From Arenimonas sp. (GTDB taxonomy: Bacteria; Pseudomonadota; Gammaproteobacteria; Xanthomonadales; Xanthomonadaceae), in the NCBI GenBank assembly GCA_046596115.1, contig JBKJMY010000276.1, forward strand, positions 1 through 34,469: a DNA stretch of 34,469 nt. The letters are read 5' to 3'. The translations under genes were made by a program, and so were the position numbers. Positions within the stretch are counted from its first letter, which is position 1. The number at the start of each line of letters is the position of its first letter. Positions 18,409 to 28,196 of the stretch are shown piece by piece. Below the pieces are notes generated by a model that was not told where the DNA came from, did not search any database, and worked only from the letters and a program-made list of their open reading frames with translations.

Positions 18409-18461
18409 CCGCATGACGCGTCCGTCCCCATGAGCCGCCACTCCGCATGACGCGTCCGTCC
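18409..18461 (+). repeat. Perfect 19-bp direct repeat duplicating the zapE start region
   Basis: ccgcatgacgcgtccgtcc at 18409-18427 and again at 18443-18461. Confidence 0.9.
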
Positions 18462-19535
18462 GAAGCCTACGTCGCAGGCATCGCTTCCGGCGCCTGGCAG
18501 GACGATGCCGCCCAGTCGGCCCTGTTGCCCGAACTCGACCGACTGCACGAGCAACTGCATGGCGCCCAACCCGACACCCTGATTGACCGGCTTGCGGCGC
18601 GCTTCCGCGAACCCGTGGCGGTGGATGGGCTGTACCTATGGGGCCGGGTCGGGCGTGGCAAGACGTTCCTTGCCGACCTGCTCTACGACAACCTGGGCAG
18701 CGTGCCGAGGCAGCGCTGGCACTTCCATCGTTTCATGGGCGAGGTGCATGCGCGACTGCGCGCGCTGCCCGACACCGCCGACACGCTGTCGGTGGTCGCC
18801 AGGGACATGGCGCAGGACCTGCGCCTGCTCCTGCTCGACGAGTTTTTCGTCGGCGACATCGGCGACGCGATGATCCTCGGCCGCCTGCTTGAACAACTGG
18901 TCGGCCGCGGCGTCACGTTGGTCACCACGTCGAACATCCCGCCGTCCGAGCTGTATCGTGACGGCCTGCAACGGGCCAGCTTCCTGCCCTGCATCGCGCT
19001 GCTGGAAACACACTGCGCCGTGCGCGAACTGGCCAGCGCGCAGGACTATCGCCTGCGCCAGCTGACCCGCGCGGCCACTTACCTGCGCCCGCCCGGCGAT
19101 GCCGCCGATGCCGCGCTGGCCGAACACTTCGCGCGCATCGCCGGACACGAGACAGGGCACTCGGAGCCGCTGCACGTCAACGGTCGCGAGATCGCGATGC
19201 GTGCCTGCGGCGGTGGCACCGCGTGGTTCGAGTTCAGCGCACTGTGCGAGGGGCCGCGATCGGCCGCCGACTACATCGAGTTGGCGCGACGCTTCCATAC
19301 CGTGCTGATCTCCGGCGTGCCGCGCTTCGACGGCAGCAATGAGGATGCGGCGCGGCGTTTTGTCTATCTGGTGGACGAGTTCTACGACCGCCATGTCAAC
19401 CTGCTGCTGTCGGCCGCCGCCGATCCGCTGTCGCTGTACACGGGCCGGCGCGTGGCCAACGAATTCGAGCGCACCGGTTCGCGCCTGGTGGAAATGCAGA
19501 GCGCCGACTACCTGGCCCGCGAGCACCGGCCCTAG
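18447..19535 (+). CDS. zapE: Cell division ATPase ZapE (AFG1 family)
   Basis: GLYLWGRVGRGKTFL (Walker A), HFHRFM, LDEFFVGDIGDAMIL, TTSN.PP.ELYRDGLQR.SFLP, ARRFVYLVDEFYD and FERTGSRLVEMQS. Confidence 0.94.
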   Translation: MTRPSEAYVAGIASGAWQDDAAQSALLPELDRLHEQLHGAQPDTLIDRLAARFREPVAVDGLYLWGRVGRGKTFLADLLYDNLGSVPRQRWHFHRFMGEVHARLRALPDTADTLSVVARDMAQDLRLLLLDEFFVGDIGDAMILGRLLEQLVGRGVTLVTTSNIPPSELYRDGLQRASFLPCIALLETHCAVRELASAQDYRLRQLTRAATYLRPPGDAADAALAEHFARIAGHETGHSEPLHVNGREIAMRACGGGTAWFEFSALCEGPRSAADYIELARRFHTVLISGVPRFDGSNEDAARRFVYLVDEFYDRHVNLLLSAAADPLSLYTGRRVANEFERTGSRLVEMQSADYLAREHRP

Positions 19536-19584
19536 TACCCGGTGGCGCGCGGGCACCGGCCCTGGTGCTAGCATCCTCGTCGCC

Positions 19585-20412
19585 ATGAGCACACCCGAAG
19601 ACTCCACCCTCGGCCGCGTCGTCGCCCCGCCCACGGCCTACGACCCGAGCCTGCTGTTTGCGATTCCGCGCGCGGCTGGCCGTGCCGAGCTCGGCTTTGG
19701 CGACCCGCTGCCCTTCATCGGCGTGGATATCTGGAATGCCTACGAGATGGGCTGGCTCGATGCGCGCGGTCGGCCGCGCGTGGCCTTGCTCGAAGTCCGG
19801 GTACCGGCAACCTCAGCAAACTTGATCGAGTCCAAGAGCTTCAAGCTCTATCTCAACAGCTTCATGCAGCACCGCGTGCCCGACACCGAAGGTTTGCGAC
19901 ACATGCTCGCCGACGACCTGTCCGCGGTCGCGGGCGCGCCGGTCACCGTCGTGCTCGGTACGCTGACCTCCAGGACTTCGAGCATGATCGAAAATCTGGA
20001 AGGCGAGCTGATCGATGATTTGCCGATCGAGATCCACAGCTACGGGCCACCCGACCCAAGCCTGTTGCAGACCAACCCCGATGTCGTCGTCGAGGAATCG
20101 CTGGTCTCGCATCTGCTCAAGTCCAACTGCCCGGTCACCGGGCAGCCCGACTGGGCCAGCGTGCAGTTGCACTACCAGGGCGCGCGCCTGGGTCGCGACG
20201 GACTGCTGCGCTACCTGGTGTCGTTCCGCGAGCACCGCGAGTTCCACGAAGCCTGCGTCGAGCGCATCTTCCGTGACATCCTCGCTACCTGTGCACCAAC
20301 CCGCCTGTCGGTATATGCGCGCTACACGCGCCGCGGCGGGCTGGACATCAATCCCTATCGCGCCACGCCGGGTTGGTTGATGCCCGGCAACACCCGCACA
20401 TCGCGGCAGTGA
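19585..20412 (+). CDS. queF: NADPH-dependent 7-cyano-7-deazaguanine reductase QueF (bimodular type)
   Basis: DIWNAYE, LIESKSFKLYLNSF, LLKSNCPVTGQPDWAS, EFHEACVERIF and YARYTRRGGLDINPYR. Confidence 0.96.
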   Translation: MSTPEDSTLGRVVAPPTAYDPSLLFAIPRAAGRAELGFGDPLPFIGVDIWNAYEMGWLDARGRPRVALLEVRVPATSANLIESKSFKLYLNSFMQHRVPDTEGLRHMLADDLSAVAGAPVTVVLGTLTSRTSSMIENLEGELIDDLPIEIHSYGPPDPSLLQTNPDVVVEESLVSHLLKSNCPVTGQPDWASVQLHYQGARLGRDGLLRYLVSFREHREFHEACVERIFRDILATCAPTRLSVYARYTRRGGLDINPYRATPGWLMPGNTRTSRQ

Positions 20413-20438
20413 CACCGCGTCCATTGCCAGGAATCGCC

Positions 20439-21035
20439 ATGCGCACACGTCCTTCTCCGTCCATGTCCACCACAACCGGGCCCACCTGGAGGCATGCGAC
20501 TGCGCCGAAGTTGCTCGCGATCGCCCTGTTCGCGTTGCTCGCCTCGGCACTTCTCGCGGGCTGCAAGCGCGATAGCGCACCGGAGGTACCGAGCGCACCT
20601 GGTGTCACCGCCAATGCCGCCACCACGCAAGCCGCCACGGGCGACGTCTCGGTGGATGGCGGTCACGTCGCCGAGATCGGCGGCGACCCAGCGTCGTCCG
20701 GCCTGGGCGAGTTCCGCGTTGCGGCGCTGCAGTTGGGCAGCGCACTTGATGCCGACCGGGTCGTGCTGGCGGACAAGGACCAGTTCAGTCCAAGCGACAC
20801 GCTGCATGCCTCGCTGCTCAGCACCGGCGCGCATCCGGGCCTGGCCCTGGCCGCGCGCTGGATCGGACCCGATGGCAAGTCTTTCGCTGAAACCACGCAG
20901 GACCTGGCGCCCACCCAGGCCACCGCGACCACCTTTACCGTGCGCAACGCCGAGCCCTGGCCGAGCGGCGACTACAAAGTCGAAGTGCGGGTCGGCGGAC
21001 AGGTGCTGGCGTCGCGCCGCTTCCAGGTCCGCTGA
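20439..21035 (+). CDS. Hypothetical lipoprotein with C-terminal beta-sandwich-like domain
   Basis: Hydrophobic stretch ending in lipobox LLAGC. C-terminal FSPSDTLHASL...ARW..PDG...WPSGDYKVEV...FQVR. AGGA precedes ATG 20439. Confidence 0.75.
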   Translation: MRTRPSPSMSTTTGPTWRHATAPKLLAIALFALLASALLAGCKRDSAPEVPSAPGVTANAATTQAATGDVSVDGGHVAEIGGDPASSGLGEFRVAALQLGSALDADRVVLADKDQFSPSDTLHASLLSTGAHPGLALAARWIGPDGKSFAETTQDLAPTQATATTFTVRNAEPWPSGDYKVEVRVGGQVLASRRFQVR

Positions 21036-21158
21036 CACGCGCTGCTGGCGTGCTTGTCGCGTCCGGCGGGAGGAGTCTGAGGCTTGCGTTTACAATAGCG
21101 GATTCGAACCACAGTCGGTGCCGGCGTTCCGGTGCCGACGCTGCATCCAGGAGCTCCA

Positions 21159-22487
<1,329 letters not shown>

Positions 22488-22518
22488 GCCGCGCTCCGCA
22501 GGGAGCGTTGGTGACCGC

Positions 22519-22547
22519 ACGGGGCGCTTCGGCGCCCCGTTTCATTT
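22519..22547 (+). terminator. Rho-independent terminator after icd
   Basis: acggggcgc-TTCG-gcgccccgt: a 9-bp stem with a cUUCGg loop, followed by ttcattt. Confidence 0.8.
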
Positions 22548-22583
22548 AAGCGACACCTGCCCGGAGGCGGCTGCGGGTTGGCG

Positions 22584-22784
22584 CTACAACGTGGTGTCGG
22601 CGGGATCGGGATCCTCGATGGGCTCGTGTTTGCGTTCGCCGGGCGGGCCCTCGCCGTCAGCGGGCATGACCGGTTCTTCCGGCGCGTCGGGCGACCCGGG
22701 CAAACGCGGTCCGCCCGTCGTCGAAAAATTGTCCGCGTCCAGTGGCGCGCGCGCGCGCCACGCCTGTGCTTGCATCGTGTCCAT
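22584..22784 (-). CDS. Small Pro/acidic-rich hypothetical protein (about 66 aa)
   Basis: MDTMQAQAWRARAPLDADNF...PDAPEEPVMP...HEPIEDPDPADTTL. GGAG precedes ATG 22784; start uncertain. Confidence 0.45.
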   Translation of the reverse strand: MDTMQAQAWRARAPLDADNFSTTGGPRLPGSPDAPEEPVMPADGEGPPGERKHEPIEDPDPADTTL

Positions 22785-22854
22785 GACTTGCTCCATGCCG
22801 CGCATCCCGCGCCAGCGATGGCCTGAGCATTGCCCGTGCTGGGGCAATGTCCGC

Positions 22855-23790
22855 TTAACCCATTGCCGGTACGGGTATCGGCGCATCGGTTCTCGGCGGG
22901 CCGACTACGTCGCGCGGCTCTCGCCCAAGCAGTTCTGCCAGACGGTTGCGCGCCGGCAGGTTGTCGACCTGCAACAGTTCCCAGTGTCCGAACGAGAATG
23001 GTGTGGCGTGGACAAGGTCGCAAGCATGGCTGGCGAGGCGCGCGACCCAGTCTGGCAGGCCCAGGTTCAGGGCAGCGGCCCGACCCGAAGCTTCACGTCG
23101 AGCCGTGAGGTAATCGCGCAGCACGACCGCGCGCGGCCCGCCGAGGTCGAATTCGCGCTCGCTCGCGGGCGCGCCGGCTGCAATCTCGCGCTCCACCAGT
23201 GCAACCAACGCCTCGCCGAGTTCATCCACCCGCAGCACCGCGATCCGGCCGCGCGCGCCGCGAGGCAGCGGCAGTACCGGGCTGAACGCCGCGGCGCGCA
23301 ACCAGCGTGCGCCGTAGCCACCGTCGCCATCCAGGAGCGAAGGTCGCGCGATGCGGTAGTCGGCGCCGGTGCCTGCCAAGGCTTGCTCGCCCTCGAGTTT
23401 GCTGCGCAGGAAGCCGCTGCGATGCGGATGCGCCAGCCCCAGCGCCGACACGTGGACCAGTCGGATACCGTGTGTGCGACAGGCCGTGGCCAGCGCCAGG
23501 GGTGCGGCACGATGCACCGCGTCGTAGCTTTCGCGGCCGCGCATGCGAAGGATTCCAACGCAATTGACGACCGCGTCTACATCGACGAGGTGGGTATCCC
23601 AGTGCGCGGCGGCATCGAGCTGTTCGAAACGCAGCCCGACCCTCGCGCATTCCTTTGCCAGGGTGGGGAGGCGACGGTCGATACGGTCGGGAAATCGGCT
23701 GCCCACCCGGACTGAGTGCCCACGGGCAAGCAGGGCGGTGACGACATGGCGGCCGATGAAACCAGCGCCGCCGGGGACCAGGACCCGCAT
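22855..23790 (-). CDS. NAD(P)-binding atypical SDR / NAD-dependent epimerase-dehydratase family protein
   Basis: MRVLVPGGAGFIGRHV Rossmann motif, DAVVNCVGIL, HVSALG, FLRSKLEGE and RPSLLDG. GGAGG-type SD upstream. Confidence 0.88.
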   Translation of the reverse strand: MRVLVPGGAGFIGRHVVTALLARGHSVRVGSRFPDRIDRRLPTLAKECARVGLRFEQLDAAAHWDTHLVDVDAVVNCVGILRMRGRESYDAVHRAAPLALATACRTHGIRLVHVSALGLAHPHRSGFLRSKLEGEQALAGTGADYRIARPSLLDGDGGYGARWLRAAAFSPVLPLPRGARGRIAVLRVDELGEALVALVEREIAAGAPASEREFDLGGPRAVVLRDYLTARREASGRAAALNLGLPDWVARLASHACDLVHATPFSFGHWELLQVDNLPARNRLAELLGREPRDVVGPPRTDAPIPVPAMG

Positions 23791-23809
23791 CTTTCCCTCC
23801 AGTGACAGT

Positions 23810-23831
23810 TATTTCTGTCTTGACAGAAATA
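23810..23831. promoter_or_regulatory. Perfect 10-2-10 inverted repeat, probable operator of the adjacent GbsR-family regulator
   Basis: TATTTCTGTC-TT-GACAGAAATA in the divergent intergenic region. It contains TTGACA at 23820-23825 (+). Confidence 0.75.
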
Positions 23832-23856
23832 TATGACGAGTCCAAAGTGCTTGCAA
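23828..23856 (-). promoter_or_regulatory. Sigma70-type promoter for the SDR gene
   Basis: Minus strand reads TTGCAA (23856-23851), a 17-nt spacer, then TATATT (23833-23828). The -10 overlaps the operator. Confidence 0.65.
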
Positions 23857-23935
23857 GCACTTCTTACGCGATCAGCTCATGTGTCCTGACCCCGAAGCTT
23901 CCAATCTGTCCTTCGCCACGCCGCCCGAGGCCGTG

Positions 23936-24469
23936 GTGGATCCGCTCAGCCCGATCCGCCGCCGCTTCGTCATGCACTGGGGCGAGATGGGGACGCGGTG
24001 GGGCGTCAATCGCAGCGTCGCCCAGATCCACGCCCTGCTGTTCCTGTCCGGCCGGCCGATGCACGCCGAGGAAATTGCCGAGACACTGCAGGTGGCACGC
24101 TCGAATGTCAGCAACAGCATCCGCGAATTACAGAACCTGCACCTGGTGCGCACCGTGCACCTGGTTGGCGACCGACGCGACCACTTCGACACCTCGTCGG
24201 ATGTGTGGGAGCTGATGCGCACCGTCGTGCGCGAACGCAAGCAGCGTGAGTTCGATCCCACCGTCGGCGTGCTGCAAGATTGCATTGCCGATCCTGCGTA
24301 CGTCGCGGAAGACCCACAGGTGCGCAAGCGCATAGAGGATACCCACGGACTGATGCTGGCGATGTCCGCCTGGGGTGAGGAAATGCTGCGGCTGGAGCCA
24401 GCCACGCTGATGAAGGTGATGAAGCTCGGCAACCGGATCCGAAAATTGCTGCGCGACGAGGCGAAATGA
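23936..24469 (+). CDS. GbsR/MarR-family transcriptional regulator
   Basis: FVMHWGEMGTRWGVNRSVAQIHALLFL..RPMHAEEIAETLQVARSNVSNSIREL (wHTH), GDRRDHF and ERKQREFDP. GTG 23936 follows GAGG; the ORF extends to ATG 23879. Confidence 0.9.
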   Translation: MDPLSPIRRRFVMHWGEMGTRWGVNRSVAQIHALLFLSGRPMHAEEIAETLQVARSNVSNSIRELQNLHLVRTVHLVGDRRDHFDTSSDVWELMRTVVRERKQREFDPTVGVLQDCIADPAYVAEDPQVRKRIEDTHGLMLAMSAWGEEMLRLEPATLMKVMKLGNRIRKLLRDEAK

Positions 24470-25011
24470 GCATACCCGTCGACACGGACGCGGGACCCAC
24501 GTTGACCACCGCCTGGCCGCTGCGCATCTACTACGACGCGCAGTGCCCGCTGTGCACGCGCGAACTGCATGCACTGGTGCGGCACGACGTCCGCGGCAGA
24601 TTGCAGTTGGTCGATTGTTCCGGCGGCGATTTTGACGATCCCGATGCCAGCCGCGCCGGGCTGGATGCGGGCCTGCTCATGCGACGCATCCATGCCATCG
24701 ATGCCACCGGTCGCTGGTGCACCGGCGTGACTGTGTTCGAGGCAGCCTATCGAGCTGTGGGGATGGATACGATGGCGCGCACTTGGGCCCATCCTTGGCT
24801 GCGTCCATTGTGGGACCGCATCTACCCCTGGATCGCCGACCACCGGATGCTGCTGTCGGGCCTGCACCTCGACGGCGCCTTCGGTTGGCTGGTGGAGCGC
24901 GCCGCCCGCCGCGCGGCGCGCCGCCAAGTCGCCCGCGCAGAGGCTGGTTGCGTGACGAAAGCCTGCGCCGTCCCGCCGGCGACGCCGCCTGCACGCAACC
25001 CGGTGCCATAA
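24466..25011 (+). CDS. DUF393 / DCC-family thiol-disulfide oxidoreductase
   Basis: IYYDAQCPLC (DxxCxxC), RRIHAID and YPWIADHR. Overlaps the regulator stop (ATGA). Confidence 0.88.
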   Translation: MSIPVDTDAGPTLTTAWPLRIYYDAQCPLCTRELHALVRHDVRGRLQLVDCSGGDFDDPDASRAGLDAGLLMRRIHAIDATGRWCTGVTVFEAAYRAVGMDTMARTWAHPWLRPLWDRIYPWIADHRMLLSGLHLDGAFGWLVERAARRAARRQVARAEAGCVTKACAVPPATPPARNPVP

Positions 25012-25042
25012 TCCGGTTTTATCCCGCCACGGTGACACTGCC

Positions 25043-26029
25043 ATGCGCCTGCCGCTGATCGCCATCCTGCTGTCCACTGCCTGCGCCACGGGCTTCGCCT
25101 CTGCCACCACGACCACGCCTACCACCTTGCCGCCGGTGTTGCCGCCGCCGGCCATCGTGCTCGATGGCGCCACCAAGCCGGCTACCAAGCCTGCCACCAA
25201 GCCGGCCGACATCCCCGCCGCCATGCCGAAGTCGGCGTCGCCGGCCGAGCAAGACGCACCGGTGGCAGCCAGCGACAGCACGGCCGCGTCGCTGGACCGC
25301 GCGCTGGCAGGCGACTGGCGCAGCGCCGGCAACGTCGGCCGCGACGTGTACCGGCATCCGCGCGAAACGCTCGGCTTCTTTGGCGTGCGCGACAACCAGA
25401 CCGTGATCGAGATCTGGCCCGGCGGCGGCTGGTACGCCGAAGTGCTCGCGCCGATGCTGCGCAAGAACGGCCACTACATCGCGCTGGTGACAAAACCCAC
25501 GGGCGACGAGAAGTCGCGCGCGTCCACGCAGCGCGGCAACGATGCCTTGCGCACGAAGTTCACCAGTCACCCCGAGGCGTTCGACGGCGCCGAAGTCCGC
25601 GAGTCCGACAACGCGAGCCCTGATCTCGGGCCGCCCGCGTCCGTGGATGCGGTGCTGACCTTCCGCAATGTCCACAACTGGGTGATGGCCGGCAACGAGC
25701 AGGCCATGTTCAAGGCGTTTTTCGAAGTGCTGCGCCCGGGCGGCACGCTGGGCGTGGTTGATCATCGCGCCGCCGAAGACCAGCCGCCGGCAGAGATGAA
25801 GAGCAGCGGCTACCTGCCCGAAGCCTATGTCATCGCGCTGGCCGAGGCCGCCGGGTTCAAGCTTGCCGGCAAGAGCGAGGTCAACGCCAATCCACGTGAC
25901 ACCAAGGACTATCCCGGTGGCGTGTGGACGCTGCCGCCGACCCTGTCCAAGGGCGATGCGGACCGCGCGAAGTACCTGGCGATTGGTGAAAGCGACCGCA
26001 TGACGCTGAAGTTCACCAAGCCCGAATAA
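25043..26029 (+). CDS. Exported class I SAM-dependent methyltransferase-like protein
   Basis: Signal peptide, a Pro/Thr/ATKP linker, then RDVYRHPRETLGFFG, VIEIWPGGGWY, DAVLTFRNVHNW, LRPGGTLGVVDHRA, NANPRD, GVWTLPP and IGESDRMTLKF. Confidence 0.88.
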   Translation: MRLPLIAILLSTACATGFASATTTTPTTLPPVLPPPAIVLDGATKPATKPATKPADIPAAMPKSASPAEQDAPVAASDSTAASLDRALAGDWRSAGNVGRDVYRHPRETLGFFGVRDNQTVIEIWPGGGWYAEVLAPMLRKNGHYIALVTKPTGDEKSRASTQRGNDALRTKFTSHPEAFDGAEVRESDNASPDLGPPASVDAVLTFRNVHNWVMAGNEQAMFKAFFEVLRPGGTLGVVDHRAAEDQPPAEMKSSGYLPEAYVIALAEAAGFKLAGKSEVNANPRDTKDYPGGVWTLPPTLSKGDADRAKYLAIGESDRMTLKFTKPE

Positions 26030-26112
26030 TCACGCGGCCGCGGTGTTGCCAAGCTGGTCTGCCTGATCGCACGTTCCGGCGCGCGCGGATCTGCAATCGC
26101 GGGATGTGCTTG

Positions 26113-28098
26113 CTACTTTGCCAGCGCCCGCTGGCGCAGGGCGAGCAAGCGGGGGTCGCCTTTGCCCGAATGCTGCGCGTCGATGGACTGCAATGATTGT
26201 TCCAGCAACGCCTGCCGGGCCTTCGTGTCGGGCGCGAGCATGGCCACGCCGATGCGTGCCGCGGCCGCGGCGAGCACGGTGGCGCGGTCGTCCGGATGCT
26301 CGGCAAGCTGCGGCTCCAGGATCGCCAGGGCCTCGCGCAATGCACGCTGCGCGGACGCCGGATCACCGGCAACCACGTCCTGCTCGGCGCGTTCGATGAG
26401 CGCCTCGGCAAGCTCGCGCTTCCAGTCCGATCGGGTGGGATCCTTGGCGATCATGCCGCGCAGGAGCAGCGTGGCCTGCGCAACCCTGGCATGCGCGCCT
26501 TCGAAGTCGCCACCTTGGCGCAACAGGCTCGCCAGTTGGGTCGAATACAGCCCGACGTCTTCCTGAAACCCAGTGCTGTTGGGATCGGCATCGAGCAGGC
26601 GCAAAGCCTTGGCGACAGCCTGGGACAGCAGGTCGGTCGCGACGTCCAGCTCGCCATCCAGCGCAAGCGTGCGGCCAAGGGTGGCCAGCGCGATCAGGTG
26701 GCGCTCGGTCTGCGCGTTGTTGCGCGGGTCGGCCCGCGCCAGCGCTTCCTCGATCATGGCATCGGCCCGATAGCCGGCGATCGCGGCCTTCAGGTCGCCA
26801 CGCAGCAGCGCCATCTTGGCCAGGTTGTTGTGCGCCAGCCCGAGTTCGTTCTGGAAACTGGTCTTCTTCGGATTGAGCTCGACCAGTTTTCGCGATGCGT
26901 CCAGCATGGTCTGGTAGTACGTCGTTGCCTGGTCAATGTGGCCGCGGCTTTCCAGGACGTGGCCGAGATTGTTGTCCAGGGTGGCCAGTTGGAAAAGAAG
27001 GTCCAGATCATCCGGCGCCAGCTTGCGCGCCGCCAGCAGCACGCGGCTGGCCGCTTGGAAACCGGCCTGCGCCTTGTCCAGGTCGCCCTGGTACCACTGG
27101 GCATAGCCGACATAGGCCAGCGTGTCGGACAGGGCCAACTGCCGGGCCAGGTTGGCAGGCGCCTGGCGGGCGAGCGGCTCTTGCAGGCGCTGCGCAGCCT
27201 GGAATGCACTCAGCGCCTTGGGCAGGTGTCCCTGGTCCATGCGCACGCTGCCGATCTTGATCAACGCCTTGGCGCGTTGCTCGAGTGCCTCCTCGGTGAC
27301 ATCGGTCGCCGGCAGCGACTCGAAGTAGCCCATGGCCTGGTCGTTGACTGCCTCCAGGATATCCAGCCGCGACACTTCCGACAGTTTGTCGTTGAGGTCG
27401 CCGAGCATGAAGTTGACCAGTTGCTCGGCCTGCTTCTGCCGGCGCTCGGCCGCGTGCCTGGCGATTACCGCCTGCACTGCCAGGAAGCTTGTTGTCAGCA
27501 TTACCAGCGTGGCCAGGGCGGTGATCGCGAGCATGCGCCGATGTCGCCGCTGCGCCTCGCGCTGGCGCAAGGTATCCAGCGGGACACCGAGCAACCCGGA
27601 CAGGATCTTCAACAGCGCGAGCGCCTTGCCGTCCTTGCCGTCCCGTACGTCGGCGGCAATCGGTTCGGAGGGGCGCGTGCCCAGATTGCCGTCGGCGTCG
27701 AGTTCGAAGCGCAGCGTCGTCGGAAAACACTCGCGCGCATCGCCCGCATTCGGTTCGCCAGCGACGATCAGCGCGTAGATGCGAGCGCCCTGCGACTTGC
27801 GCTTGAAGGCAAGGATTTCAGCATCCACCCAACGCGAGCGCGCCGCCTCGGGTGAGCACACAACGATGAGCGCTTCGGATTCGGCGAGTGCGGATTCGAT
27901 CTGCGGGCCCAGTTCGCCGGCGCTCGCCAGTTCCTCGCGATCACGAAAGATCGGCGTCAGCCGGTCGGGCAGCGCGCCGTGCGTGCCGCTGCTGCCGCGC
28001 AGCCGGCTGGGCACGCGGTATGCCTCGATCTGGCGATGCAGCCAGCCCGCCCACTTGGCATCGGCGTGGCGGTAGCTGACGAAGGCGCGGTAACGCAC
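26113..28098 (-). CDS. TIR-domain / single TM / TPR-repeat protein
   Basis: TIR motifs YRAFVSYRHAD, IFRDREEL and LIVVCSPEAARSRWVDAEI. Basic RRHRR precedes a hydrophobic helix (about 27460-27534). TPR-like repeats follow (IGSVRMDQGHLPKAL, VGYAQWYQGDLDKA, LGHVLESRGHIDQA, LAKMALLRGDLKAA, LGRTLALDGELDVA). GTG 28098 follows GGAGGT; alternative GTG at 28104. Confidence 0.9.
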   Translation of the reverse strand: MRYRAFVSYRHADAKWAGWLHRQIEAYRVPSRLRGSSGTHGALPDRLTPIFRDREELASAGELGPQIESALAESEALIVVCSPEAARSRWVDAEILAFKRKSQGARIYALIVAGEPNAGDARECFPTTLRFELDADGNLGTRPSEPIAADVRDGKDGKALALLKILSGLLGVPLDTLRQREAQRRHRRMLAITALATLVMLTTSFLAVQAVIARHAAERRQKQAEQLVNFMLGDLNDKLSEVSRLDILEAVNDQAMGYFESLPATDVTEEALEQRAKALIKIGSVRMDQGHLPKALSAFQAAQRLQEPLARQAPANLARQLALSDTLAYVGYAQWYQGDLDKAQAGFQAASRVLLAARKLAPDDLDLLFQLATLDNNLGHVLESRGHIDQATTYYQTMLDASRKLVELNPKKTSFQNELGLAHNNLAKMALLRGDLKAAIAGYRADAMIEEALARADPRNNAQTERHLIALATLGRTLALDGELDVATDLLSQAVAKALRLLDADPNSTGFQEDVGLYSTQLASLLRQGGDFEGAHARVAQATLLLRGMIAKDPTRSDWKRELAEALIERAEQDVVAGDPASAQRALREALAILEPQLAEHPDDRATVLAAAAARIGVAMLAPDTKARQALLEQSLQSIDAQHSGKGDPRLLALRQRALAK

Positions 28099-28196
28099 GT
28101 CCACCTCCCAAGCGACTACATCGCTCCCCGCGAGTCCAGCCGATGCCCAAAGTTTACGCCGGCCTGCACCCGAACTGGCCGGTCACCTGGCAGCAC

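Noticed and set aside
19585-20412. queF as part of a 7-deazaguanine DNA-modification (dpd) defence cluster
   Set aside because: QueF directs preQ0 to tRNA queuosine. No dpdA or other dpd genes are present, and the context is housekeeping.
22743-22760. tggcgcgcgcgcgcgcca palindrome / alternating GC tract
   Set aside because: Plausible by chance at this GC content and lies inside a probable ORF (WRARAP); nothing else supports a function.
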